Shown: positions 1 through 8,480, counted from the stretch's first letter. The stretch is DNA of 23,437 nt from an uncultured bacterium (GCA_964534375.1 CAZHPN010000083.1:1-23437); one strand, 5' to 3'. Notes: generated by a model from the letters alone, not told the origin. Numbers and translations: made by a program.

Positions 1-256
1 GGATCTTTTTGGAAACCTCATCATACCAGATCAAGTAAATCCGATCGCGCTGTCGAAGTTGGACGTGTTTTAGCAGTTCGGTCATTACCATGCTTTGCTC
101 AACGTTGCGAGCGTCCTCGAGCAAGAAAGTGGCCACGTTGTCGCCGCATTCTTTGGCGCCATGATTGGCAAGCCACGCATAGAGGCCCTCGTAGTCACCT
201 TTGAGGCCGAGATCATAAGAAAGCCAAACGCGTTGCGTCGCTGGTTTTTTGGCCAT
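1..256 (-). CDS. Partial (runs off the left edge) small conserved-looking hypothetical protein, possibly Cas2/VapD-like ferredoxin fold
   Basis: Not in the ORF track. Manual translation from ATG at 256 gives 85 open codons: MAKKPATQRVWLSYDLGLKGDYEGLYAWLANHGAKECGDNVATFLLEDARNVEQSMVMTELLKHVQLRQRDRIYLIWYDEVSKKI... A strong SD GGAGGTGA lies at 271-264. The hydrophobic-SYDL start and late DRIYLI strand resemble the Cas2/VapD pattern (inference). Confidence 0.75.
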   Translation of the reverse strand, partial: MAKKPATQRVWLSYDLGLKGDYEGLYAWLANHGAKECGDNVATFLLEDARNVEQSMVMTELLKHVQLRQRDRIYLIWYDEVSKKI

Positions 257-369
257 TGTCGAGTCACCTCCGTCGCCAAGATAATGTTTTGTAGCGCAAA
301 AATACACAACGCGTCGTCATTTGTCGATGCGAAAATACCGCGTTGCTTTCGGCGCCTTTCTCCCGCGTC

Positions 370-399
370 TTGCCGCGGCCCCGCCAAACCGCCTATGAT
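370..399 (+). promoter_or_regulatory. Putative sigma70 promoter of selA (probably a leaderless or near-leaderless transcript)
   Basis: TTGCCG (370-375), 18 nt spacer, TATGAT (394-399). The ATG at 408 is 8 nt further on with no SD in between. Confidence 0.45.
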
Positions 400-407
400 G
401 TCTCACG

Positions 408-1826
408 ATGAGCGAAAACGAACGCCAAACCCGCCTGCGCGCCCTGCCCGCCGTCGGGGAAATCATCCAGCATCCGGCCTTGCAGCCGGCGCTGGCGAGC
501 TATCCGCGGACGGTCGCCGTCGCGGCCGTGCGGGCCGAACTCGACGCCTGGCGCGGCCGGCTCGCGGCCGACGACGCGCCGCCGTTCGACTTCGACCGCT
601 TTCTGGCCGGCGTCGCCGCGCGCCTCGCTGCCGCGGCGCTGCCGAAGTTGCGCCGGGTCATCAATGCGACGGGCGTCGTCGTCCACACCAATCTGGGCCG
701 TTCGCCGCTCGCGGAAGAGGCGATCGACGCCGTCGCGACCGCCGCGCGCAGCTACACGAATCTGGAATACGACCTCGCCGCCGGCGGGCGCGGCAGCCGC
801 GGCGACCTGATCGAAGACCTCCTTTGCGAACTGACCGGCGCGGAGGCGGCGCTGGCGGTCAACAACAACGCCGGCGCCGTGCTGCTGGCGCTGACGGCGC
901 TCGCGCGGGACCGCGAAGTGGTGGTCAGCCGCGGCGAACTGATCGAAATCGGCGGCAGCTTCCGGCTGCCCGAGGTGCTGGCGCAGAGCGGCGCGAGGCT
1001 GGTCGAAGTGGGCGCCACCAACCGCACGCACCTGGCAGATTACGAGCGCGCGATCGGGCCGGAAACCGCGCTGCTGATGAAAGCGCACGCGAGCAATTAT
1101 CGCATCGTCGGCTTCACGGCGGCGGTCTCCGGCGCGGCGCTGGCGGAACTGGCGCACACGCGCGGCCTGCACGCCGTCGAAGACCTCGGCAGCGGCTCGC
1201 TCATGCCCACAGCGCTGCTCGGCCTGCCCGAGGAGCCGACGGCGCCCGACGCGGTCAAAAGCGGCCTCGATCTGGTGACCTTCAGCGGCGACAAACTGCT
1301 CGGCGGGCCGCAGGCCGGCGTGCTGGTGGGCAAAGCCGAGTTGGTGCGGGCCTGTGCGCGGCACCCGCTGCACCGCGCGCTGCGGGCCGACAAACTGACC
1401 CTCGCGGCCTTGGAGGCGACGTTGCGGCTGTATCGCGACCCGGCGGCGGCGAGCGAGCGAATCCCGACGTTGCGCATGCTCAAGGCGGACGAAAAGCAAC
1501 TGCGGCGCCGGGCGAACCGTCTGGCGGCGGCCTTGAAAAAACAGGCGGGCGACCTGGCGGACATCGCGGTCGTCCGCTCGACCGGCCGCGTCGGCGGCGG
1601 CGCATTGCCGTTCGTCGAACTGCCCGGACCGGTCGTGGCGCTGCGCCCGCGGCGCCAGTCGGCCGACGCGCTGGCGAGGGCGTTGCGGACGCTGGCGACG
1701 CCGATCGTCGCGCGCATCGAAGACGACGCGGTCGTCGCCGACCCGCGAACGATTCTTGACGCGGATGAAGACCTTTTCCAAAATGGGGTCGTGCAAGCGC
1801 TGCACGAAGGGCGCGACAGGACATGA
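408..1826 (+). CDS. selA: L-seryl-tRNA(Sec) selenium transferase (selenocysteine synthase)
   Basis: 472 aa with SelA motifs RRVINATGVVVHTNLGRSPL, NLEYDL, VNNNAGAV, SRGELIEIGGSFRLP, EVGATNRTH, EDLGSG, the PLP-lysine motif FSGDKLLGGPQAG, and RALRADK. Confidence 0.98.
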   Translation: MSENERQTRLRALPAVGEIIQHPALQPALASYPRTVAVAAVRAELDAWRGRLAADDAPPFDFDRFLAGVAARLAAAALPKLRRVINATGVVVHTNLGRSPLAEEAIDAVATAARSYTNLEYDLAAGGRGSRGDLIEDLLCELTGAEAALAVNNNAGAVLLALTALARDREVVVSRGELIEIGGSFRLPEVLAQSGARLVEVGATNRTHLADYERAIGPETALLMKAHASNYRIVGFTAAVSGAALAELAHTRGLHAVEDLGSGSLMPTALLGLPEEPTAPDAVKSGLDLVTFSGDKLLGGPQAGVLVGKAELVRACARHPLHRALRADKLTLAALEATLRLYRDPAAASERIPTLRMLKADEKQLRRRANRLAAALKKQAGDLADIAVVRSTGRVGGGALPFVELPGPVVALRPRRQSADALARALRTLATPIVARIEDDAVVADPRTILDADEDLFQNGVVQALHEGRDRT

Positions 1827-2146
1827 AAGCGAAAATGCTGGTGCAAAACTGCGATCGGTGCGGGCGGGAACTGCCGCTCGGCGCGACCAAATACCGCGCC
1901 TACGTGGAAATCACGTCGGAATGGGACGGGTTTCTGCCGGATGTCGACGGCGACGAAGAGGTGAACGTCGCGGACCTGATCGAAAAAGCCTCGCGGCTCG
2001 ACGACGCCGCGCTCGAAGAACAAGTGCACATGGAGGCCAACCTGCTCTTGTGCCCGCAGTGCCGCAAGGAAATCCTGGCGAGCCTGCGCGGCGGCGGCGA
2101 TGGCGCGCAAAACGTCGCCAAGAAATCCGCCGCCCGCCTCCAGTAA
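1823..2146 (+). CDS. Hypothetical split zinc-ribbon protein (CxxC...CxxC) with an acidic insert
   Basis: 107 aa. CDRC near the N-terminus and CPQC near the C-terminus. ATGA overlap with the selA stop suggests translational coupling. Confidence 0.8.
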   Translation: MKAKMLVQNCDRCGRELPLGATKYRAYVEITSEWDGFLPDVDGDEEVNVADLIEKASRLDDAALEEQVHMEANLLLCPQCRKEILASLRGGGDGAQNVAKKSAARLQ

Positions 2147-2154
2147 GGGAAAAC

Positions 2155-2376
2155 ATGCCCATCTACGAATTCATTTGCCAGGATTGCGAAAAACGATACG
2201 AGCGTCTCGTGCGCTCGGGCGGTTCGGCCCCCTGTCCGCACTGCAACTCGGAGAACGTCCGCAAGTTGATGAGCGGCTTCGCCTTCCGTTCGAAAGCCGC
2301 CGACGGGTCCGTCACGGCCTCGTCGGGCGGCAAGTGTTCGGGTTGCTCGAGTTCCTCCTGCGCGGGGTGCCACTGA
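2155..2376 (+). CDS. FmdB-family zinc-ribbon putative regulatory protein
   Basis: True start is ATG 2155 after AAGGGA, within track ORF 1756..2376. MPIYEFICQDC...CPHCNSENVRKLMS is the FmdB/CxxC_CxxC_SSSS signature, followed by the Cys-rich tail CSGCSSSSCAGCH. Confidence 0.92.
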   Translation: MPIYEFICQDCEKRYERLVRSGGSAPCPHCNSENVRKLMSGFAFRSKAADGSVTASSGGKCSGCSSSSCAGCH

Positions 2377-2379
2377 CCG

Positions 2380-2853
2380 ATGAGGCTCGTCAAACTCATC
2401 GTCGTCGTGTGCGGGCTGGTCGCCATCGGGCTGGCGGTGCGCTCGTGCTGGTTCACGCCGGCGGCGCGCGCCGAACTCGCCGTCGAGCAGGCGATTCAAG
2501 CCCTGGAACACGGGGACAGCGCCGCTGTGCTGGCGTTTGTCGAAGACGATTTTTTCGATTCCGCGGGGATCGACGCCGTGGCGTTCACGAAGCTCTTGGA
2601 GCGGAAATGGCGCGGCTGGAAAGACATCGATATCCGGCTGCTGCACACGAAGGCCGAGATGGCGGACGGGGAAGCGACGCTGCGCGCCGATGTGGTCGTC
2701 GAAGCCACCGCCGCCGACACGATCGGCCTCGGCAAGACGCCCGATCGGCAAGTCGGCCATCGCGACAACCTCGAACTGCGGCTGCGCGAGACCAACGGCC
2801 GCTGGCGCCTGCGCGGCCTTGGCGGCATCTCGCCGGCGGATTGGCAAGACTAG
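2380..2853 (+). CDS. Membrane-anchored hypothetical protein, NTF2/SnoaL-like fold
   Basis: 157 aa. N-terminal hydrophobic segment, then AIQALEHGDSAAVLAFVEDDF and C-terminal LRLRETNGRWRL, both typical of NTF2-like domains. Confidence 0.7.
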   Translation: MRLVKLIVVVCGLVAIGLAVRSCWFTPAARAELAVEQAIQALEHGDSAAVLAFVEDDFFDSAGIDAVAFTKLLERKWRGWKDIDIRLLHTKAEMADGEATLRADVVVEATAADTIGLGKTPDRQVGHRDNLELRLRETNGRWRLRGLGGISPADWQD

Positions 2854-2873
2854 CGGAGCGAAGCGGCGAACTG

Positions 2874-3809
2874 ATGGCGAATGACGGCCTCAAAATCGGT
2901 CTGGCCTTGGGCGGCGGCGCGGCGCGCGGCCTGGCGCACCTCGGCGTGCTGGAGGTGCTCGAACGCGAGGGCGTCCCGATCCAGATGATCGCCGGGTCGA
3001 GCATGGGCAGCCTCGTTGGCGTGATGTACGCCACGCAGCCGCGCGTCGAGAAATTGATCCGCAAAGCGACGCAATTCTTTGCCAGCGAAGCGTTCGCCAA
3101 CTCCAAGATCCACAACTTGAACCGCGGCGAAGAGGATCCGGAGCGCGGCGTGTGGGCCGCCTTCGGCAAGCGCCTGCGGCAGGGCCTGGTGCTCGGCAGC
3201 CAGGTGACGCGCCTGAGCTATCTGGAAAAGGAAGACCTGTACGAAATGCTGCGGGCGTTCGTCGACGACCGCGATCTGCGCAGTCTCCTAATTCCGATGA
3301 CCGTTGTCGTGTGCGACCTGGTCGGCGGGCGGGAATTGCTCCTGCGCAAGGGCTCGGCGATCGACGCCATCGCCGCGTCCAGCGCCGTGACGGGCGCGTT
3401 TCCGCCGATCAAGATCAACGACGTGGAATGCGTCGACGGCGGCGTGGTCAACATGGTGCCGGCCCGGGTCGTGCGCGAGATGGGCGCAGATGCGGTGATC
3501 GCGGTCAACGTCAGCCACGATTACCTCGAGCCGCCGGAACTCAAACGGGCGCTGGAACTGTTCTTCCGCACCCACGAAATCACCAAGCGGACGCTGATCG
3601 ATCTGCAACTGCGCGAGGCCGATGTGGTGATCACGCCAAACGTCGGCCAATACCATTGGGCGGATTTCGGCGCAGCCGAGAAAATCATCGCCGCGGGCCG
3701 TGAGGCCGCCGAAGCCGCGTTGCCCGACGTCCGCCGCGTCCTCGAACGGGCGTCGCGCGGCTTCTGGCGCAGTCTGTTCCGCGCGCGGGTGGATAAAACC
3801 GGCGCCTAG
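2874..3809 (+). CDS. Patatin-like phospholipase (RssA/NTE-type)
   Basis: Start reassigned to ATG 2874 (MANDGLKIGLALGGGAARGLAHLGVL). Glycine-rich loop GGGAARG, nucleophile motif GSSMG, catalytic DGG. Confidence 0.93.
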   Translation: MANDGLKIGLALGGGAARGLAHLGVLEVLEREGVPIQMIAGSSMGSLVGVMYATQPRVEKLIRKATQFFASEAFANSKIHNLNRGEEDPERGVWAAFGKRLRQGLVLGSQVTRLSYLEKEDLYEMLRAFVDDRDLRSLLIPMTVVVCDLVGGRELLLRKGSAIDAIAASSAVTGAFPPIKINDVECVDGGVVNMVPARVVREMGADAVIAVNVSHDYLEPPELKRALELFFRTHEITKRTLIDLQLREADVVITPNVGQYHWADFGAAEKIIAAGREAAEAALPDVRRVLERASRGFWRSLFRARVDKTGA

Positions 3810-3818
3810 CGGTATATT
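3790..3818 (+). promoter_or_regulatory. Putative sigma70 promoter for the lipoprotein/aminopeptidase genes
   Basis: TGGATA (3790-3795), 17 nt spacer, TATATT (3813-3818). SD GGAGG at 3850-3854 precedes ATG 3860. Confidence 0.4.
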
Positions 3819-3859
3819 GGCCCGTTCATTTTGCGCTCATTTTTCCGTTGGAGGCTCTG

Positions 3860-4723
3860 ATGCGACGCGTATTTCCCATCCTCGCCGTTCTGGCCGCGGC
3901 TCTGTTGTTGGCGATCATCGCGCTGGCCGTCGGCTCGTGCGGCAGTTCGGGTTCCAGTTCGAGTTCCAATTCCGCCGATGATGACGTCGCGCCCGATGAC
4001 GACGCGTCGCCCGACGATGACGACGACGCCTCACCGGCCGATGACGACGACGACACCTCGCCGACCTCGCCGCTCTGGATACAGGGCTTGACTCTCACGC
4101 CCAACAGCGGCTTCGCCGGCGACGGCTTGTCGATCAATTTTGCGTTCACCGATGTCGCTCCAGACGTCAACGGCGGCACGGTCGAATTGTTCGTCGATGG
4201 CGTCAGCGTGGAAACGGTCACCGCGCAAACCTCGGGCGGCACGACTGGCTTCATCGGCATCGCGTACACGCTGCCGGCGACCGAGCCCGCGGGCAACCTG
4301 ACCTTCTCCGTCACGCTGACCGACACCGCGAAGCGCGTCAGCAACACGCTGTCCGGGACGTACACCTCGCTGGGCGCCGACACGGCCCCCGTGATTGCGA
4401 ATCTGCGTTTCAAACCGAGCCCGGCCTGCAACGCGGCCAATTCGCCGTTCGACGTCATTTTCGATTTTACGGATTCCTCGGGAAACATCGACGGCGGCGA
4501 GGTCGAGATCGTCATCAACAACCAGTTTCCGCCGGTTCAGGGCCAGTTGACCGGGGGCGATGCGACCCAGGGCACGATTCCAATTCAATTGTCGTTCAGC
4601 ACCGCCGTTCCCGATGGGACGTCGGTGCCGTTCCAGGTCACCATGTCCAACAATCGCGGTTTGATCAGCAATACCTTGAGCGGGAGCCTCGTGTTCAAAG
4701 CGTCCGCCTGCACCAGCAAGTAA
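3860..4723 (+). CDS. Lipoprotein with a Ser/Asp-rich tether and two tandem Ig-like beta-sandwich repeats
   Basis: SD GGAGG, signal peptide ending AVGS-C, DDD-rich linker. Internal repeat FTDVAPDVNGGTVE / FTDSSGNIDGGEVE and VSNTLSG / ISNTLSG. Confidence 0.82.
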   Translation: MRRVFPILAVLAAALLLAIIALAVGSCGSSGSSSSSNSADDDVAPDDDASPDDDDDASPADDDDDTSPTSPLWIQGLTLTPNSGFAGDGLSINFAFTDVAPDVNGGTVELFVDGVSVETVTAQTSGGTTGFIGIAYTLPATEPAGNLTFSVTLTDTAKRVSNTLSGTYTSLGADTAPVIANLRFKPSPACNAANSPFDVIFDFTDSSGNIDGGEVEIVINNQFPPVQGQLTGGDATQGTIPIQLSFSTAVPDGTSVPFQVTMSNNRGLISNTLSGSLVFKASACTSK

Positions 4724-4740
4724 GTTTGGGGGGATCGGAA

Positions 4741-6159
4741 ATGCCAAAAGCAAAAAACGAACTGAAAGAAACGCACGACCGCCTTGGCTATCATATCCGC
4801 GCGGCGCACGACCGTTGGACGGCCGCCGACCGCACGGCCCTGGAGCCCTTCTGTCTCGCCTATCGCAAATTTCTCGACGCCGCAAAGACCGAGCGACTCG
4901 CCGCCCGCGCGATCGAAGCCGCCGCGCGCAAAGCGGGCTTCCAGCCGCTCGACGCCGCATCCGACGGCGGCAAGGTGTTTCTGACCGATCGCGGCAAGAC
5001 GGCGGCCTTGGCGGTTATCGGCGCCGACCCGGTCGAGAACGGCGTCAACCTGGTCGTCGCGCACATCGACTCGCCGCGCCTCGATCTGAAGCAGAATCCG
5101 CTCTACGAAGAGCAACGCATCGCCTATTGGAAAACGCATTACTATGGCGGCGTGCGCAAACATCAATGGGTCGCGCGGCCGCTCGCCTTGTACGGCGTCG
5201 CGATTCGCGCGGACGGCAAGACGGTGGAAATCGCCATCGGCGACGGCCCGGACGACCCGTGTTTCACGATCCTCGACCTGCTGCCCCACCTGTCGGCCAA
5301 CGCCCAAAACGGAAAGAAGCTGGTCGATGCCATCCCGGGTGAAAAGCTCAATGTTGTCGTCGGCGGGCGGCCGCTCGGCAAACCCGAGGACGGCAAGGAC
5401 CGCGTCAAAACGCAGATTCTCAAGCTGCTGCACGAAAAATACGGCCTGACCGAAGAAGACTTCGTCTCGGCTGAACTGGAAATCGTCCCCGCGGGCCCGG
5501 CGCGCGAGGTCGGCCTCGACCGCGCCTTCATTGGCGGCTATGGGCAGGACGACCGCATTTGCGCCTACACCGCGATGCGCGCGCTGCTCGATCTGGGCAA
5601 GCGGCCGGCGCGCACCGCCGTGGCCCTGTTCATGGACAAGGAAGAAATCGGCTCCGTCGGCAACACCGGCGCCGGCGCGCGGTTTTTCCAGGATTTCATC
5701 GGCGGGCTGCTGGCGCGCCAGGGCGCGGACAGCGAGCGGGCGATCCGCCGCGCCGTCGCCGCGAGCCAAGCGTTGTCCGCCGACGTCAACGCCGCGCTCG
5801 ATCCCGATTGGGCGGAGGTTCACGACCGGCGCAACGCGGCGCTGCTCGGCGGCGGCATTTGCATCTCGAAATACACCGGCTCGCGCGGCAAGTCCGGCGG
5901 TTCGGACGCCAACGCCGAATTCGTCGGCAAAATCCGCCGCCTCTTCAACGAGGCCGGCGCGCCGTGGCAGACCGGCGAACTGGGCAAGGTCGACGAAGGC
6001 GGCGGCGGCACGGTCGCCCTCTTTTTCGCCGAACAGGGCATGGAAGTGCTCGACGCCGGTCCGGCCTTGCTGGCGATGCACAGCCCCTTCGAACTCGCGC
6101 ACAAAGACGACGCTTATAGTTCCTATCTCGCGTACAAGGCGTTTTTCGAGAAGGCGTGA
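4741..6159 (+). CDS. M18-family aminopeptidase (aminopeptidase I / aspartyl aminopeptidase-like)
   Basis: Motifs AKTER, AHIDSPRLDLK, THYYGG, GQDDRICAY, DKEEIGS, SADV, MHSPFE. ATG 4741 preferred over the track's TTG 4726. Confidence 0.95.
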   Translation: MPKAKNELKETHDRLGYHIRAAHDRWTAADRTALEPFCLAYRKFLDAAKTERLAARAIEAAARKAGFQPLDAASDGGKVFLTDRGKTAALAVIGADPVENGVNLVVAHIDSPRLDLKQNPLYEEQRIAYWKTHYYGGVRKHQWVARPLALYGVAIRADGKTVEIAIGDGPDDPCFTILDLLPHLSANAQNGKKLVDAIPGEKLNVVVGGRPLGKPEDGKDRVKTQILKLLHEKYGLTEEDFVSAELEIVPAGPAREVGLDRAFIGGYGQDDRICAYTAMRALLDLGKRPARTAVALFMDKEEIGSVGNTGAGARFFQDFIGGLLARQGADSERAIRRAVAASQALSADVNAALDPDWAEVHDRRNAALLGGGICISKYTGSRGKSGGSDANAEFVGKIRRLFNEAGAPWQTGELGKVDEGGGGTVALFFAEQGMEVLDAGPALLAMHSPFELAHKDDAYSSYLAYKAFFEKA

Positions 6160-6190
6160 ACGGCGCGGTTGTCGCCGATAGCTGCCGCCA

Positions 6191-8281
6191 CTAGCGAATG
6201 ACCAACGCAAACGCATTCGTCCCACGGCCGGGCCACAAGCGTACGCCGCGTTTCTCCAGTTCCGCCCGTAAAACCGGCAAGCCCGCGGGATCGCCCTCGT
6301 AGACGAATTCGTGGAAACGATCAATGAGATATTGCGCTTGGCCGTCGTAGAATTCGCCGGCAAAAATCGCCTCGAGATCGGGCGGGATGTCGCCACCGAA
6401 CGCGTCGGCCCAGAAACGCCAGAAATCGGGCCGGTCGTGCGGCGTCCAGCGCCGGTTTTCCTTGCCCAGCCAGTAGGCGGCCCCGCGCAGGAACGCCGCG
6501 GCGAATTGTTCCGTCGTCAACTGCGGGAAACGGCGGACCAGTTCGGGCAATCGCGTTCTTGCCTGAATTTTCGTTTCTTCGACCAGCGCCCGGCGGCTCT
6601 CGCCAGCGGACAGGTCTTTCGCGAAGCCGTCGCAGATATCGGGATAGTCGTTCCGATCGCCGCCGAGAAAGCCGTGGCCGATCCCCTCGACAAAGCGCTC
6701 CGCCGTTGCGCGGTCGACGCCGTTCATGTCTTCGGGCAGCGCCAGCGGTTGGGCGGCGCCCGGCGGCCCGGCGACCGACGTGCAGATATGCTGATAAAAG
6801 GCGTCGCCCGCCGCCGCGCCCATGCCGAATACGGCCGCGTCGCGATTCCAGGTCGGCCACGGGGGCGGTTCGACGAGCAGGCGCCGGGCCTCCGCCGCGT
6901 CGCACGACCGGCCGAACGCGCGCCAGCCGAAAGCGCGCCAACGCGCCGGCAGCCGGGCGATCACCGCCTCCGGTCCGCCGGGCTGGCCGGGCGCATAGCG
7001 CCCGACGACGCCGTCGATCAGCGACGCGTAATCGTCGCCGCGGCTCCACGTCAACACACGAAAGCTGTCGGCGAAATACGATGTTTTCACCGGCAGCGGC
7101 GTCAGCGTGTTGAGCGCGCCGGCCAGCAGCAGCGGGGCCGCCAACAGCCACTGTGTGCGCCGCGTAAACAGGCTGACAAAAATGCAGACGAACGCGATCA
7201 TCGGGGGAAAAAGCGGCAGCAGATAGCGGTGCGACAGGAAATTCCGGGCCGGTTCGAACGAATCGGCGGAGACGGCGAAACCTGCGATCCACGCCGCCAG
7301 GAAAAGCAGCAAGACCCGACTGAGAAAATCGTTCTTCCGCTGCCAAAAGAGAAATCGGCCGGGCCGGAAGATTTCCAGAAATGCGCCGAGCGCGCCCAGT
7401 AGAAACAGCAGAAAAAAGAACGCGGAAAAGACCGGCGCGTCCAGAAACCGCGAGAGCGCTCCGTCGGCCAGCCCATGCGGAGAAAAGATCGGCGTCCGCA
7501 AAAACACATCGTAGCCCGCCGATTGGGGCAACCGGTCGAACAGCAGTTCGCCGAGCCGACGCAGCGCTGCGCCGGCGCCGCCGCCGGCCGCCCGATGCTG
7601 CGTCAATTGCAAAAACACCTGGTCCAGCCGCAACGGGCAGACGACAAACGCCGCCGTCGCCGGGGCGAGGAATCGCAGCAGATCCCTCCCCCGCCAACGC
7701 CAGCAGGCGCCGACCGCGAGCGCCGCGATCAGCGGGGCGTTTTGGGCGTGGTAGTACAGCGCGAACCGCGCGAACAAACCCAGCAACGCCGCGGCGACGA
7801 GGCCGGGTGGGCGATCGGCACTGCGGAAAAAGAGATAAAGCATGACCCCCGAGAAAAAATAGGTTTCGAAGTGGTTTCCCCAAAACGCACAATGCGCCGC
7901 CCATTCGAAAAATGGGGGCGGGAAGATGTTGAACAACAAGAACAGGAAGGCGCCGTTGACGCCGATTGCCCGCCGCAGCGCCGCCGTCCACGAGATGACG
8001 CCGCCGGCGAAAAACAGCGCGCCCAGGACCTTTTCCCAAAGAAGGCGCGAGTCGTCCACATAGTAAAACGGCGTGAGCAGCAGCCCGAAGATCTTGTTGC
8101 CTTCGCCGGGGCCCGAGCGATACAGGTCGAAGGGAAGGGATAAGTGATCGAGCAGCCCGATCGCCGCGTTGCCTTTTTTGAGAATCTCGGGTTCGGCGTA
8201 GCCGAAGTGAAAAAACCGGACGGCGTAAACAGCGAAGCCGGCCAGCGAAACGGCCAGCCAGAGGCGGCGCTCTCGTTGCAC
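6191..8281 (-). CDS. Polytopic membrane protein, probable GT-C-fold (ArnT/PMT-like) glycosyltransferase with a C-terminal extracytoplasmic domain
   Basis: 696 aa, GTG start. Many hydrophobic helices in the first ~400 aa, WGNHFE loop, and RYLLPLFP motif typical of GT-C enzymes. The function is inferred. Confidence 0.65.
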   Translation of the reverse strand: MQRERRLWLAVSLAGFAVYAVRFFHFGYAEPEILKKGNAAIGLLDHLSLPFDLYRSGPGEGNKIFGLLLTPFYYVDDSRLLWEKVLGALFFAGGVISWTAALRRAIGVNGAFLFLLFNIFPPPFFEWAAHCAFWGNHFETYFFSGVMLYLFFRSADRPPGLVAAALLGLFARFALYYHAQNAPLIAALAVGACWRWRGRDLLRFLAPATAAFVVCPLRLDQVFLQLTQHRAAGGGAGAALRRLGELLFDRLPQSAGYDVFLRTPIFSPHGLADGALSRFLDAPVFSAFFFLLFLLGALGAFLEIFRPGRFLFWQRKNDFLSRVLLLFLAAWIAGFAVSADSFEPARNFLSHRYLLPLFPPMIAFVCIFVSLFTRRTQWLLAAPLLLAGALNTLTPLPVKTSYFADSFRVLTWSRGDDYASLIDGVVGRYAPGQPGGPEAVIARLPARWRAFGWRAFGRSCDAAEARRLLVEPPPWPTWNRDAAVFGMGAAAGDAFYQHICTSVAGPPGAAQPLALPEDMNGVDRATAERFVEGIGHGFLGGDRNDYPDICDGFAKDLSAGESRRALVEETKIQARTRLPELVRRFPQLTTEQFAAAFLRGAAYWLGKENRRWTPHDRPDFWRFWADAFGGDIPPDLEAIFAGEFYDGQAQYLIDRFHEFVYEGDPAGLPVLRAELEKRGVRLWPGRGTNAFALVIR

Positions 8282-8480
8282 TATCTGGAGGAATCCGTCA
8301 TTTGCTTGGATGATTGCACAGGCGCAGCCGCAGCGTCAAGGTTGCGGTCGGACGAAAAATCCGCTCAAATCGCTTGATTCCTGGCGATTGCACGTTACTC
8401 TTGAATTTCATGGACAAATATCAGAAGTAGCAGCGTTGTTGAAAACCGTGTCTTGGGCGTCGGCGCCTTGGGAGAACAAC

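Noticed and set aside
85..387. Track ORF 85..387 (minus) and the N-terminal part of 95..1759 (plus)
   Set aside because: No SD or motifs. A different minus-strand frame starting at 256 has a strong SD and a protein-like sequence.
257..407. Search for selC (tRNA-Sec) beside selA
   Set aside because: No cloverleaf, TCA anticodon arm or GTTCRA T-loop in suitable context is visible here or in the other intergenic regions.
1756..3809. Long N-terminal extensions in track ORFs 1756..2376 and 2100..3809 (also 8310, 9408, 10750, 15953, 16529)
   Set aside because: The extensions overlap other genes or promoters. Internal ATGs with SD motifs or family-typical N-termini are better starts.
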